Positions 9,701 to 18,800 of a stretch of DNA of 64,000 nt are shown piece after piece; position 1 is the first letter of the stretch, and each line of letters opens with the position of its first letter. Below the pieces are notes generated by a model. It was not told where the DNA came from. It saw only the letters and a list, made by a program, of their open reading frames with translations, and made no database searches. The stretch covers positions 7,077 to 71,076 of IMG/VR virus record IMGVR_UViG_3300005518_000016. One strand, written 5' to 3'. The position numbers were made by a program, and so were the translations under genes. Source of the DNA: a virus.

Positions 9701-10213
9701 CACCTCGCCTTTGCCAAGCAGAAGGGACGCCTCTTCCGCCTCCGGGCGACCGACGCCAACTACGGCAAGCTCTACCGGTGGCACCCCATTTTCGATGAGG
9801 AGCCCCTCGCCCTCACCCGGTGGGAGACCGAGGAGATCACCCACGGGATCTCCGGCTGGTCCAAACCCCTCGAAGCCTGGGTCACCCTCAGATCCTCCGG
9901 CACCGTCACCCTGACCATCACGGCCTACAACGCCAGCGGCACCGCCTTGGATACCTCGGCCTACCAGATCACCACCACGGCCGGGGCCAAGATCAAGAAG
10001 CGGGTGCTGCTCAACCCTTCCAAGGGCGTCCTCTTCACCTACGTCTTTACCGCCAGTGCCGCCTTCACCCTCTACCGGGAGGAATCGGAAGTGCTGGTGG
10101 AGGAGTGGCTGAGCGGGCAGGCCGACTGGGTCCGACCGTTTGGGTCAGATGATTTAGACCCTCAGCGGCCTATGGGCGGGACTACGTTGGTTCCTAATCA
10201 GGTCCCTGTATGA
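6755..10213 (+). CDS. Tail nozzle / tail tubular protein B-like (beta-propeller-rich)
   Basis: About 1150 aa; AINVR...LEVRPG, LYRSK...PENWP, LSDEQIGPLF, IRTGALDFGDP motifs; follows the adaptors; ATG 6755 overlaps the upstream stop. Confidence 0.65.
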   Translation: MSQSWPAAAPDPFETPMRRIGRRLLNLTKPLTDLDPEELSRAINVRCLTGGPLEVRPGETALGTTTGTDNVHSLFRLNDPANSAFARLAGSATALYRGTTGAFTSVDTGYSGDPLTFCGVTLPLTGLPFVFIGDRNKMRKIDRTNAIQTIGLGDGALTSTALGTQLNISIAQFQLSDSTDAAAWTMTAGVDTAGTAAGAPTAADTGPVGDKAVSFTTAPGGAGAGLGYSSIVSIARTLNLTAFPGPVTVEDDDLIAFDAAINSDLNLIDSYSVYLVTSTFTAGVIPGTSGSQNLNAYYHTFTGTDLQSLVRWGNLGFPLRRGDFLRIGTDPAATWATVTGIVIVIQTSTNRAATMTFNGMYVEGGADPDVTDPTSVPYDYRVRNFNPSTGTRGNPSAVQAEANFLSPLRQPVTVTPTATGTAALRQEIFRRGGSPAAAQDWHYIGVNTSDGGVFSDTVSDETALTGEVLEIDNDQPVTSVNSSGVTVKNTIVPVFFLVEDYCFALGDLLQPGRLYRSKRSRPENWPATSYTDVCAASEELMNGGMIGSAGFCFSRTRMYAILNNSDGTFTTEPTECAEGMVGRWAMAETPYGIAFVSPFGVRLTSGGVPAPLSDEQIGPLFRGQAANGFNAIDLTVPTALKLEYHDTELWLTYADTGGTRRQLIYNFLDKNWRSYLFGTTISTAYSEPIQGGAASLLLGSFAAGGIYTHSGFSDLGSGIAYTIRTGALDFGDPALEKLFSQIRLEAEIFTSTLTVQAFLNAEATTVTAQTIVGTAGLKPYNFEPFGTTPMRARTVSVEFRGTAPTSGRPYWTVAGVSRQLQPMIVYNEATPWEELPGGEGYLWGCLITCDTGNTARTIEVEYTTNNGSITSAATLSITADGRKKIPFSWGAVLAQQVRLRPTGTCIPWIRFKVEWLSDPEPPRVPGWNTNWESFGSLSDKWLKGILLEADTFNVAKSVVVDIDQSLAAVNLGSLTFNGRTIQHLAFAKQKGRLFRLRATDANYGKLYRWHPIFDEEPLALTRWETEEITHGISGWSKPLEAWVTLRSSGTVTLTITAYNASGTALDTSAYQITTTAGAKIKKRVLLNPSKGVLFTYVFTASAAFTLYREESEVLVEEWLSGQADWVRPFGSDDLDPQRPMGGTTLVPNQVPV

Positions 10214-10701
10214 GCTCGCCGTCTGTTTGCCGCGGTCGTTCGTTCCGACTGAAGGCACCCACAACTTTGCGTCCATCCACTCCGAAGTTTGCCGATGTCC
10301 GTGACGATTTCTCGCCCGCAGTCACATCGACAGCGCCAGAGCGTAATTCGTTTTGGTCTGCGAGGGAGAGCCTCCAGTGCAGTCAGACGGCCGAATCTCT
10401 GTCCTCGCAGGTCCATACGCTTGGCACCATTGCGGCGGGACAGTACCTGTTCCTTCCACGTCTCCCATCGGCAGTTCTCAGGGGAATAGGGTCCATCGCT
10501 GTTGATCCGTCCCAATGTCTGTTTATTCGGTGGACGAGGCCCCATGTCTCCCACGAACGCAGGGTAGCTTATCAGCCAGCGGTCGCACATCGTGACACCA
10601 CGGCCGCCGTAGAATCGGTACGAGCGGTTCTTGGGGTTAGTGCAACGGTTCTTTGCAGCCCACCACGCTTTGTACTCAGGCTTCCGAGCTGTGCTGGCCA
10701 T
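10198..10701 (-). mobile_element. Free-standing HNH-type homing endonuclease, antisense within the tail operon
   Basis: EYKAW...RCTNPKN..Y..YGGRG..C.RW, GPYSPENCRW, DLRGQRFGRL, WRCRCDCG; lower GC than flanks. Confidence 0.8.
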
Positions 10702-10707
10702 TCGGGT

Positions 10708-10717
10708 ATGTTAACAT
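10708..10717. promoter_or_regulatory. Palindrome ATGTTAACAT giving an extended -10 (TGnTAACAT) on both strands
   Basis: On the - strand TAACAT lies 6 nt before the HNH ATG; on the + strand it precedes the tail fibre gene. Confidence 0.4.
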
Positions 10718-10740
10718 GACTCGGCAGGATCGACAGTAAA

Positions 10741-12672
10741 ATGGCCGGGTACCCCTATACGTCGCAGGTTGAGGACTCGCCCACCCGGAAATCCCTGATC
10801 GCCGCCTTCGATCAGCTGACCAAGGCCCAATCGGATCTCGCTACCCTGATCGCCCGGGTGGACACCTTGGAGACGCCCGCCCCGGCGGCCCCCTCGACCA
10901 CGACGATCGTCAGCACCGGCGGTGGCGGCGGGGGCGGCGGCCCGGCCTTCGGTTCCTTTGGCCCCGGGGATCTCATCGCGGTCGACTCCGCCTCCACCCT
11001 GATCGGCCTCCCGGACGTCATTGCCGGCAACGTCCTCCTGAGCGGCGGGATCAACACCCTCCCCTCGTGGGGGAAGCTCCAGCTGGCGACCCATGTGATC
11101 GGCACCCTCGCCGTCAACCACGGTGGCACCGGCCTGACCACCTACGCCGTCGGCGATCTCCTCTACGCCAGTGGTGCCGCGGCGCTCTCCCGCCTCGCTG
11201 ACGTCGCCGCCGGATCCTATCTCCGGAGTGGCGGGGTGGGCGCCGCCCCGGTCTGGTCCACTCCGACCCTTCCCAATTCCGCCACCACCGGTGATCTCCT
11301 CTATGCCTCGGCGGCCAACGTCTACAGCAACCTCGCCGATGTGGCGACCGGCAACGCCCTGATCTCCGGCGGGGTGGGAGCCGCTCCCAGTTGGGGCAAG
11401 ATCGGCCTGACCACCCATGTCTCAGGGGACCTCCCCTTCTCCAGCTTCGTGCAGGCCAGCGCCGCCTCCAAACTCGTAGGCCGTGGGAGTGCCAGCGGAG
11501 CCGGGGATTTCGAGGAGATCACCCTCGGCACCGGCCTGACCATGACGGGCACGACTCTCAGCGCTAGCGGTGGAGCGCCCGGAGGGTCCAACACGCAGGT
11601 TCAATTCAACAACTCCGGTGCCTTCGGGGGTGACGCCGACCTGACGTTTGTCACCGATACCCTCACCGCGACCAAGCTCGTCGCCCCGACCTCGGTGAGT
11701 ACCCCCTCGATCATCACGGCCTCGGGTGCCCTGACGGTTACCCCAGCGGCGGGGTCAAATCTTAATATCGCGCTCTCCACCACTGGGGATTTTGCTGTCA
11801 ACACCAGCCAGCTATATGTGGACACTAGCGCGGCGAAGGTGGGAATAGGCACGACGAGCCCAACGGGGATTTTTCAGGTGGGCGGAAGCACCAACACTGA
11901 TTATCCCTTCTATGTGACGCAAGGTTCCTCTGCGGGGGCGTTTACCGGTTCTTACGAGGTAGAAATCCGCACGTTTGCTCAGGCCGCGCTCCACGGTATG
12001 TTGATATGCCACAACGAAGGGACGGCCGGGCGCCGGATTCTTGATTTAGCGAACAGCAGTGGGGTGGTGGTGCAGGTTGACGGGCTGGGGAAGATCCTCG
12101 GCCCCAGCGGGAGTGCGTCCGCGCCGACGTTTTCGGCCAACACTGATGCCAACACCGGCATGTATTTCGATGGGGCCGATGCCCTGAAATTCTCCACCAA
12201 CGGCACCCTCCGCCTCAACATCTCCAGTACCGGGATCCACACCATGTCGGCCTATGGTGCTGGGACTGCGACGTTTGATGCCGCCGGGGTGATCTCCTCG
12301 ACCTCGGACGAGCGGCTCAAGGACATCCAGGGGTCCTACACGGGGGGCCTCCCCGAGGTCCTTCACCTCGATCCGATCCGCTTCCGCTACCGCCCTGAGT
12401 CGGGCATGGAGACCAGCCGCACCTATATCGGCTTCTCGGCCCAGAACGTCATGCGGGTGATCCCCGGAGCGGTTGGCAAATCCCCCTTGGGCTACTACTC
12501 CCTGAACGACCGGGGGATCCTCGCCGCGCTGGTCAACAGCGTGAAGACCCTGCAGGAGGAGATCGCCATCCTCGCCGCAGCGTTGGGGCAGCCCCTGCCA
12601 GACCTCACGCCGATCTATCATGAGGGCGAGGATGGGATTATCCTGCCCGTGTTGGAGGATCTCCATGGCTGA
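10741..12672 (+). CDS. Tail fibre with C-terminal intramolecular chaperone (peptidase S74) domain
   Basis: Three GDL...DV..G..L.SGG....P.W repeats, VGIGTTSP, TSDERLKDI cleavage motif, GFSAQNV, LVNSVKTL. Confidence 0.85.
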   Translation: MAGYPYTSQVEDSPTRKSLIAAFDQLTKAQSDLATLIARVDTLETPAPAAPSTTTIVSTGGGGGGGGPAFGSFGPGDLIAVDSASTLIGLPDVIAGNVLLSGGINTLPSWGKLQLATHVIGTLAVNHGGTGLTTYAVGDLLYASGAAALSRLADVAAGSYLRSGGVGAAPVWSTPTLPNSATTGDLLYASAANVYSNLADVATGNALISGGVGAAPSWGKIGLTTHVSGDLPFSSFVQASAASKLVGRGSASGAGDFEEITLGTGLTMTGTTLSASGGAPGGSNTQVQFNNSGAFGGDADLTFVTDTLTATKLVAPTSVSTPSIITASGALTVTPAAGSNLNIALSTTGDFAVNTSQLYVDTSAAKVGIGTTSPTGIFQVGGSTNTDYPFYVTQGSSAGAFTGSYEVEIRTFAQAALHGMLICHNEGTAGRRILDLANSSGVVVQVDGLGKILGPSGSASAPTFSANTDANTGMYFDGADALKFSTNGTLRLNISSTGIHTMSAYGAGTATFDAAGVISSTSDERLKDIQGSYTGGLPEVLHLDPIRFRYRPESGMETSRTYIGFSAQNVMRVIPGAVGKSPLGYYSLNDRGILAALVNSVKTLQEEIAILAAALGQPLPDLTPIYHEGEDGIILPVLEDLHG

Positions 12673-12952
12673 ATCACTCACCCTCTCCGCCCCGGTCACC
12701 CCACCCACCCTGACCGAGTGGCGTGTGGTCCGGATGGATCTGAACCGGGAGGAGCAGATTGTGTATCTGGCGGTGCGATCCAATACCGGGGCGCGGGTAG
12801 AGCGGACCGAGCGGGGGCAGACGGCCCTTGACCTCCTGATCGCCCTGAACAAGGCCAACCTGACCATCAAATCGCTGGAGCGGCGGACCTTGGAGTACCT
12901 CCAGACCAAGGGAGACCTCCCCGCCGGCTCCGTAACAGGGACACCTGACTGA
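12665..12952 (+). CDS. Hypothetical protein following the tail fibre
   Basis: 95 aa, GGAGG RBS, overlapping start. Confidence 0.6.
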   Translation: MAESLTLSAPVTPPTLTEWRVVRMDLNREEQIVYLAVRSNTGARVERTERGQTALDLLIALNKANLTIKSLERRTLEYLQTKGDLPAGSVTGTPD

Positions 12953-13179
12953 TGCCACCTGACTCCAACGGCCATCACCCACTCGATCCGCTGGTCTACT
13001 ACCGGTTCAAGGCCGCGGTGCTGGCCCTGCAACTCTTCGACGCGCAGGTCATGGCCAGCCGCGCCGCGCTGCTCGAGACCTACACCCGGACCTGCACCGA
13101 AGCGGGGCTGGATCCGGCTCTGCCCTACGTGCTGCGGGATGCCGACACCAGTGTGAGCCTTAGAGATCGCCCCACATGA
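12952..13179 (+). CDS. Hypothetical protein
   Basis: 75 aa, coupled by TGATG and ATGA overlaps. Confidence 0.55.
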   Translation: MPPDSNGHHPLDPLVYYRFKAAVLALQLFDAQVMASRAALLETYTRTCTEAGLDPALPYVLRDADTSVSLRDRPT

Positions 13180-13568
13180 CCAGAGCCTTTCTCCTGCCCC
13201 TGGATCAGCGTGCGCGTCTCAGAGAAGCGGGTGGTCCCTTGGCCGAGGCCGATCTCACCCAACTCGATCTGGAAGCCCTGCCAGTGGTGGAGGTCGATGG
13301 GTCGATCGTCGCCTACTGGCCCATTTTCTACGCCCTGCACCTTGAGCCACTCTGGATCGTCGAGGATCAGCGGGCCCGGCGGCCGGTCGTCAAAGGGTTG
13401 CTGGACCTGATGCGGGAGTCCCTTGCCCTCATCGGCAAACCAGTGGCCTTCGCGGTGATCGACCCTGACACCCCAATTTTAGCCTTGGCCGAGCGTCTGG
13501 GATTTGACCGAGTCCCGGGAGATCTCTACTATGTGACCGCGCCGGCCGTGCCGCCGGTGGAGGTGTAG
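13176..13568 (+). CDS. Putative GNAT-like virion assembly protein (T7 gp13-like position)
   Basis: VVEVDGSIVAY, HLEPLWI, LAERLGF motifs; precedes the ejection proteins. Confidence 0.5.
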   Translation: MTRAFLLPLDQRARLREAGGPLAEADLTQLDLEALPVVEVDGSIVAYWPIFYALHLEPLWIVEDQRARRPVVKGLLDLMRESLALIGKPVAFAVIDPDTPILALAERLGFDRVPGDLYYVTAPAVPPVEV

Positions 13569-13572
13569 CCCT

Positions 13573-14277
13573 ATGGCTGCTGCCGCAGTCCCCGCCGCGA
13601 TCAAGATCGGCTCCATGGTTGGGGGATCCCTCCTCGCCAAGAAGCTCTCCGGCCCCACCAGGGAGCAGAAGGCCGGGATGGCCACGACCCAAGGGGCGGC
13701 GACCCAACTCGGCACCGCCGCTCCTCAGCTGATGGGCCAAGGTCAGCAGCTGACCCAGCAGGGGGCGGGGTATGCCGGTGCCGCCGGGAACTACTACCAG
13801 AAGCTCCTCGGCTCCAGAGCAGGATTGCGGGAGGCGACCGCCCCTGATACGGCTGCGGCGCTCGACTACTACAAGGGAGCCGCTGGCAGCATCGGCCGCA
13901 CGATGACCGGCGGCGCCCGGGACAACGCGCTGGCCGAGCTCGAGCGGGACAAGGCTGGCAAGCTCGCCCTGATGCCCGCCATGGCTCGAAGCGCCGCCGC
14001 CACCGGTGCCGTCGGCGCCTCCGCCCCCTTCTTCCAGGCCGGCGCCAGCCAGTCTGGCCAGGGGGTCTACGCCGGTGGCACCGCGGCCCAGGCCGGCAAT
14101 GCCCTCTACAACCAGGCCTCGGATCTGGCCGAGCAGCAGCGGAAGGCCGGCTCCTCCTACGGCAACATGATCTACGACGCGGTGAGCGGCTGGAAACCAC
14201 GGCTGCCCGGCGGCGGGCGCGCTCCCCGCGGCGGCCTCAACCCGGGTGACATCTTCCGCGGGGGGGTCGGCTTCTGA
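13573..14277 (+). CDS. Putative small DNA ejection/pilot protein
   Basis: Ala/Gly/Gln-rich with a hydrophobic N-terminus; GGAGGTG RBS; podovirus gene order. Confidence 0.6.
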   Translation: MAAAAVPAAIKIGSMVGGSLLAKKLSGPTREQKAGMATTQGAATQLGTAAPQLMGQGQQLTQQGAGYAGAAGNYYQKLLGSRAGLREATAPDTAAALDYYKGAAGSIGRTMTGGARDNALAELERDKAGKLALMPAMARSAAATGAVGASAPFFQAGASQSGQGVYAGGTAAQAGNALYNQASDLAEQQRKAGSSYGNMIYDAVSGWKPRLPGGGRAPRGGLNPGDIFRGGVGF

Positions 14278-15833
14278 TGCCCGGCAGTCCCTTCTACAGC
14301 GGTCTCTTCGAGGGCTTCCAGGGCCGTCGGCAGAGCGAGTACGAGCGCAACCTCGAGGCGGAGGGGAAGGCGCGGGAGGCGGAATCCAACGTCTACAAAT
14401 ACCTCCTCCAGTCGACCGATCCCAAGATCCAATCCCTCGCCATGGCAGGACTCTTCGAGAGTGCCCGCCCCGGGACCCGGGCCAAGGGGCTGCGGGGGTT
14501 CATGGGCGAGGTACAGGGCGGGGAGATTTACCCGCAGATTCTCTCGGCCATGGAGGAGCAGGTTCCCGATGCCGGGACGCCCTCGGCCAAGCCCCAGAGT
14601 GCCGCGCTCCCCTCGACCACCCCGGTCCACGGTGGGCCGATCGGGACCACTCCGCCCCAAGGACCACCGGCTGCCGCAGCGATGCCGCAGGTGCCAGAGG
14701 ACATCACGGCCGCCTTGGGGATGGGGGCTCCGGAGTCCGGGTTTGGGGCCCCGGCCCCGGGCGGTCCTGCGGGTATGGGCATGGTTGGACAAGCTCCGCC
14801 GGAGCACCCGACTCACCGCCGCGGCACCGGTGTCCCGACGGCTGAGGAAGTAGCCGCACGGACGATGCGGGCGCAGTTACAGGCCCGGATCCAAGTAGCG
14901 ACCGAGTCCCTGACCGAGGCCGGAGCCACCCCCGACGAGATCCAGCGGACGATCATGGGCATGATGGGGGCGCCGCAGAATGCCCGGATGTTCGATACCC
15001 CGACCTTCGCGGTCATCGACCCAACGACCAACCAGCCCACCCCGGTCTCCTTCGACCACACGACCGGCAGGTTCGCCTTCCCGGATGGATCGCCAGTGCC
15101 ACGAGGAGCCAAGTATGTCCGGATGGCCGGGAGTGCCGGTGCTCCGCTGACGACCAAGATCCCCGACACACCCGAGGGCCGTCAGTATCTCATCGCCAAC
15201 GGAGCCGACCCGGTTGAGGTCAATGCCGGCAGCCCCACCCACTACTGGAAGCTGGTGACCAAGCCCGATGGCACGGTTGGTGTGCAGGCGGATATATTCG
15301 TGCCTCCTCCAAACTTCATCGGCACCGCCCAAGGCCTCGACGCCAATGGCAACCCGGTGTTGTTTGGTGTCCCCCGAGGCGGGGGGGCTCCGGGACCGGG
15401 CAATATCATTGCCCCAGCGGTGACCGGCCAGCCGACCGAGGAGCAATCGAATGCCGCCGCCCTCCTTGCCGAGATCAACGAGGCGGTCAAGGCCGCCGAA
15501 GCCCCGGTCTACCCCGGCCAGCCGCCCCAGCGTCTCACCCCGCTCCAGCGCGACACTATTGCCCGTGAACGTGCCTCGGCCGCCAGACTCCCCTACACCA
15601 CCTACTACGAGGTCCAGCAGGCCGCCCGGCAGCAGCGGCGGCCCTCACCCTCCCCGACCACCCCGAAGCCTGCCGCGGTGCCTGGAGGCGGCGGGAGCGC
15701 CATGAGCTTGGCCGATCAGGTGCGGGCGGATCTCCTCGCCCAGCAGGCTGGCAGGGCAGGTGCGGCACCAGCGCCACCGCCCGCCGCCGCCCCACCCGCC
15801 CGGGCCCGAGGGGCTGGCCCCGCAGGTCGCTAG
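14277..15833 (+). CDS. Putative internal virion/ejection protein
   Basis: 518 aa, Pro/Ala-rich linkers; lies between the pilot gene and the giant protein. Confidence 0.55.
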   Translation: MPGSPFYSGLFEGFQGRRQSEYERNLEAEGKAREAESNVYKYLLQSTDPKIQSLAMAGLFESARPGTRAKGLRGFMGEVQGGEIYPQILSAMEEQVPDAGTPSAKPQSAALPSTTPVHGGPIGTTPPQGPPAAAAMPQVPEDITAALGMGAPESGFGAPAPGGPAGMGMVGQAPPEHPTHRRGTGVPTAEEVAARTMRAQLQARIQVATESLTEAGATPDEIQRTIMGMMGAPQNARMFDTPTFAVIDPTTNQPTPVSFDHTTGRFAFPDGSPVPRGAKYVRMAGSAGAPLTTKIPDTPEGRQYLIANGADPVEVNAGSPTHYWKLVTKPDGTVGVQADIFVPPPNFIGTAQGLDANGNPVLFGVPRGGGAPGPGNIIAPAVTGQPTEEQSNAAALLAEINEAVKAAEAPVYPGQPPQRLTPLQRDTIARERASAARLPYTTYYEVQQAARQQRRPSPSPTTPKPAAVPGGGGSAMSLADQVRADLLAQQAGRAGAAPAPPPAAAPPARARGAGPAGR

Positions 15834-18800
15834 ATGCCCGGCGAGCGCTTCCATCCCACCGCGGTGGCGGGGAGCTACCGTCGGCTCAACCCCGGGAAGT
15901 TCGATGAGTTCACCGACGCGGAGCTGATCGACTCCATTAAACGGATCGATCCCCAGACCTACCAACTCATCGATCCCCAACTCCTCGGGGCGGAGATCCT
16001 CGGCGACTCCCGGAAGACTCCACCCCCTCCACCCACTGGTGACGAGGTCCCGAAGCCCTTGGGCATCTATCACCCGCCCCCCTCCAACCTCGACGTTGCC
16101 TCGCAGACCGCCCTGCGACTCGGTGGCGGCGCGGTCGGGGGCTTCGTCGGTGGACTGACGACCACCCCTTCCATCTTCGGTGTCCCCGTCGGTGTCACCG
16201 CTGGTATCGCATCCGGCTTGGGTGCCGGGGAGATCGCCGCCCAGAAGTACGCCGACTATATGGGGGTTGGCCCCCCGGAGATCGACTGGCCATCTGTGGG
16301 GGTGCAAGGGGCCTTGGGGTTGGTCCCCTTTGGAGAGGTCGCTGGCATGGGTCCGGTGGCGGCGACAGCCGTGCGAGCCGGGCAGAACGCCTTGCTGGGC
16401 ACCGCGGGCACCCTCGCCGAGGATGTGACCCACGGGCGTCGTCCCACGGCGGGCGAGGTGGCCACGGCCGTAGCGACCGGCGCGGTGTTTGGTGGCGCGA
16501 TGCACGGGGCCGGTGCGGTCTACGGCGCCGCCCGCAACGCCGCCCCCTCCTTCGCCCCGGAGACCTTCGACCTGCCAGCCGGCGCTGCCCCACCGCCCTC
16601 CGCGCCTGAGCTGGCCCAGACCGCCGCCGCCGTCCGGCAGCTCGAGGCCCAGGAGATCTCCAAGGAATTTGCGAAACGAGGCTGGTCGATCCCGGCGGCA
16701 CAACGGGGGACGCTGGCGTACGGGCAGGAGGCCAAGGCCTACCTGGAAACCATTGCCGGGCTGGTGGAACAGGAGGGGGTGCCGCCGATGATGCCGGAGG
16801 TCGGGCCTGTGCCTGCGGCGCCTCCTCCCCAGAAGCTCCTGCCGCCCAGCCCCATCATTGGCTACGGCCCCGAGGGTCCGCCCCCCTCCGATTTCGTCGT
16901 CCCAGGGACGCCCCAGCGCGGCGTGCAGGCCCAACCCACCATCGATCGGCTCGGGGAGCAACTTGAATCCAACTTGGGTACCGGCCCGGAAGGCCCGCCG
17001 CGGCTGAGCACCACCCGACAGATCGCCCTCACGCCGCCGCCGGAACGTCCTCCGATCGCTACAGACAGGCCGCTACTTGAGGGTGGAACGCCTCCCGAAC
17101 GCCCCCAGACACAGATCCAGAAGCCCGCGACGCCCGGCCAGCCCTATCTCCCTGAGGCCACCCGGCCCCGGCCGCTCGATCGGACCTACGCCGAAGGGCC
17201 CAACGCCGGCCCGCGGCGCGAGAACGAGCCCCATGGCGTGCCCCGGCCCTACAAGCGGAAGGTCTACACCCCGGGCTCGTCCAAGACCCGCTACGAGAAG
17301 CCCCAGGATGTGACCGCCGAGGACCCCGCGACCTACCCGCCGGAGGTCCGCCGCGAGATGGCCCGGATGGTGGCCGAGCTCGAGGAGTTCCAGTGGCAGC
17401 CGGGGAAGTACATCAGTATGCCCTCGGGCACGGGGAACCGGCACAGCGGCTGGTCCCACTACATCGCGCCCAATACGTGGGCCCCGGTCTCGGAGGATAT
17501 CTACCTGCACCTGCCCCAGCGTAGCCCGGACCGGGCGACCTTCCTGCCGGCGATCCGGGAGGCGCTACTGGAGGGGAAGGGGAGTCTGATCTCGGACGTG
17601 GCGGCGAAGATCGCCCGGGAGCGGCTAGCGGAAGAGGCCGCCGGGACCGCGATGGCCCACCGGACCTACAAGGCCGCACTGCCCCCGGGGGCTGGAGACG
17701 ACATCATCGGCTGGATCGATGAGGCGGGGAACCGGGCCCTGCCGGATCAGGACCTCACACCGGAGCAGCAGGAAGTCCGGGAGATGTCGACTGACGAGAT
17801 CCGGGCCTACCTGAAGATCCGGGAGGAGGGGCTGTTGCCACAGGATGAGTGGGGGCAGGCCTTTGAGCGGGCGCTGGTGAACGAGGCGACGCGGAAGGGG
17901 CTGATCCGGCCGGAGCAGCAGAACCTGACGATGGAGGGGCCGGGCGGAGCGAAGGGACCGACCCTCTTTGATTTCGAGGGGGAGGAGCCGCCGGAGAAGC
18001 CGAAGGCCCTCGGGGGGAGCGCCGCCGATGATGCCCTGATCGCCGAGCTCAACGACGAGATCCGGAAGACCCGGGACCTGGAGTTTGTGGATCCCAACGA
18101 GCCGGCCAACGCGCGGCTGCAGCGGTTTGCGGGGGAGACGGCGCCGGAGCAGCCGGCGCTGCCTGGAGCCGAGGGTGTGCGCGAGCAGGAGATCCCTACC
18201 CCCGAGGTGGCCGAGGCCCCCTTCGCCCTGACCCCCGAGGCCGCCCCTCCCTCGAAGCCTGTGCAGGAGTCCCTCTTCGGCGCACCACCCGCCAAGCCCC
18301 GCACCCCCGAAGTCGTCTCGGCCGAGCCTGAATTGCCCATCGGCGAGCGCCGCCCCCCCTCCCTCTTCGACCGCCTGATGGACGAGGAGGGGGTCCTGAT
18401 CATCCCCAAGAAGCTCGCCGGTGATCGTGCCGGCTTCAAGAAATGGCTGGCTGATCAAGAGAAGGATCATGGTGACGAATCGTGGTTTAACCAGGCCGAG
18501 GAGGCCATCGCGGCCGGGGATCATGATCGCGCGTGGCGGATCGCCTCGGCCGCCGGGGTCCGATCCTTCGCCAAGGCTGCCGCCGCCGCCTCCACCCCAC
18601 AGGAAGAGGAGGCTCTCAGACGTGCTGTTAAAGGGACCGCGCTGCAGGCAGACATCCAGACCCAGATCGTCGGGCAGGCCCGGCGCCGGAGTATCCCCAA
18701 GGCCGAGCAGGCCCCCTACGTCCCGGACTTCCCACCCTCGGCCAGAGTCTCGCAGGCCGGTGCCGCCAGAGGCCGCGCCACGATCGGGCCCGCAGGCATC

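Noticed and set aside
10741-12672. Diversity-generating retroelement targeting the tail fibre
   Set aside because: No reverse transcriptase and no adenine-specific TR/VR pair; the internal repeats are ordinary fibre repeats.
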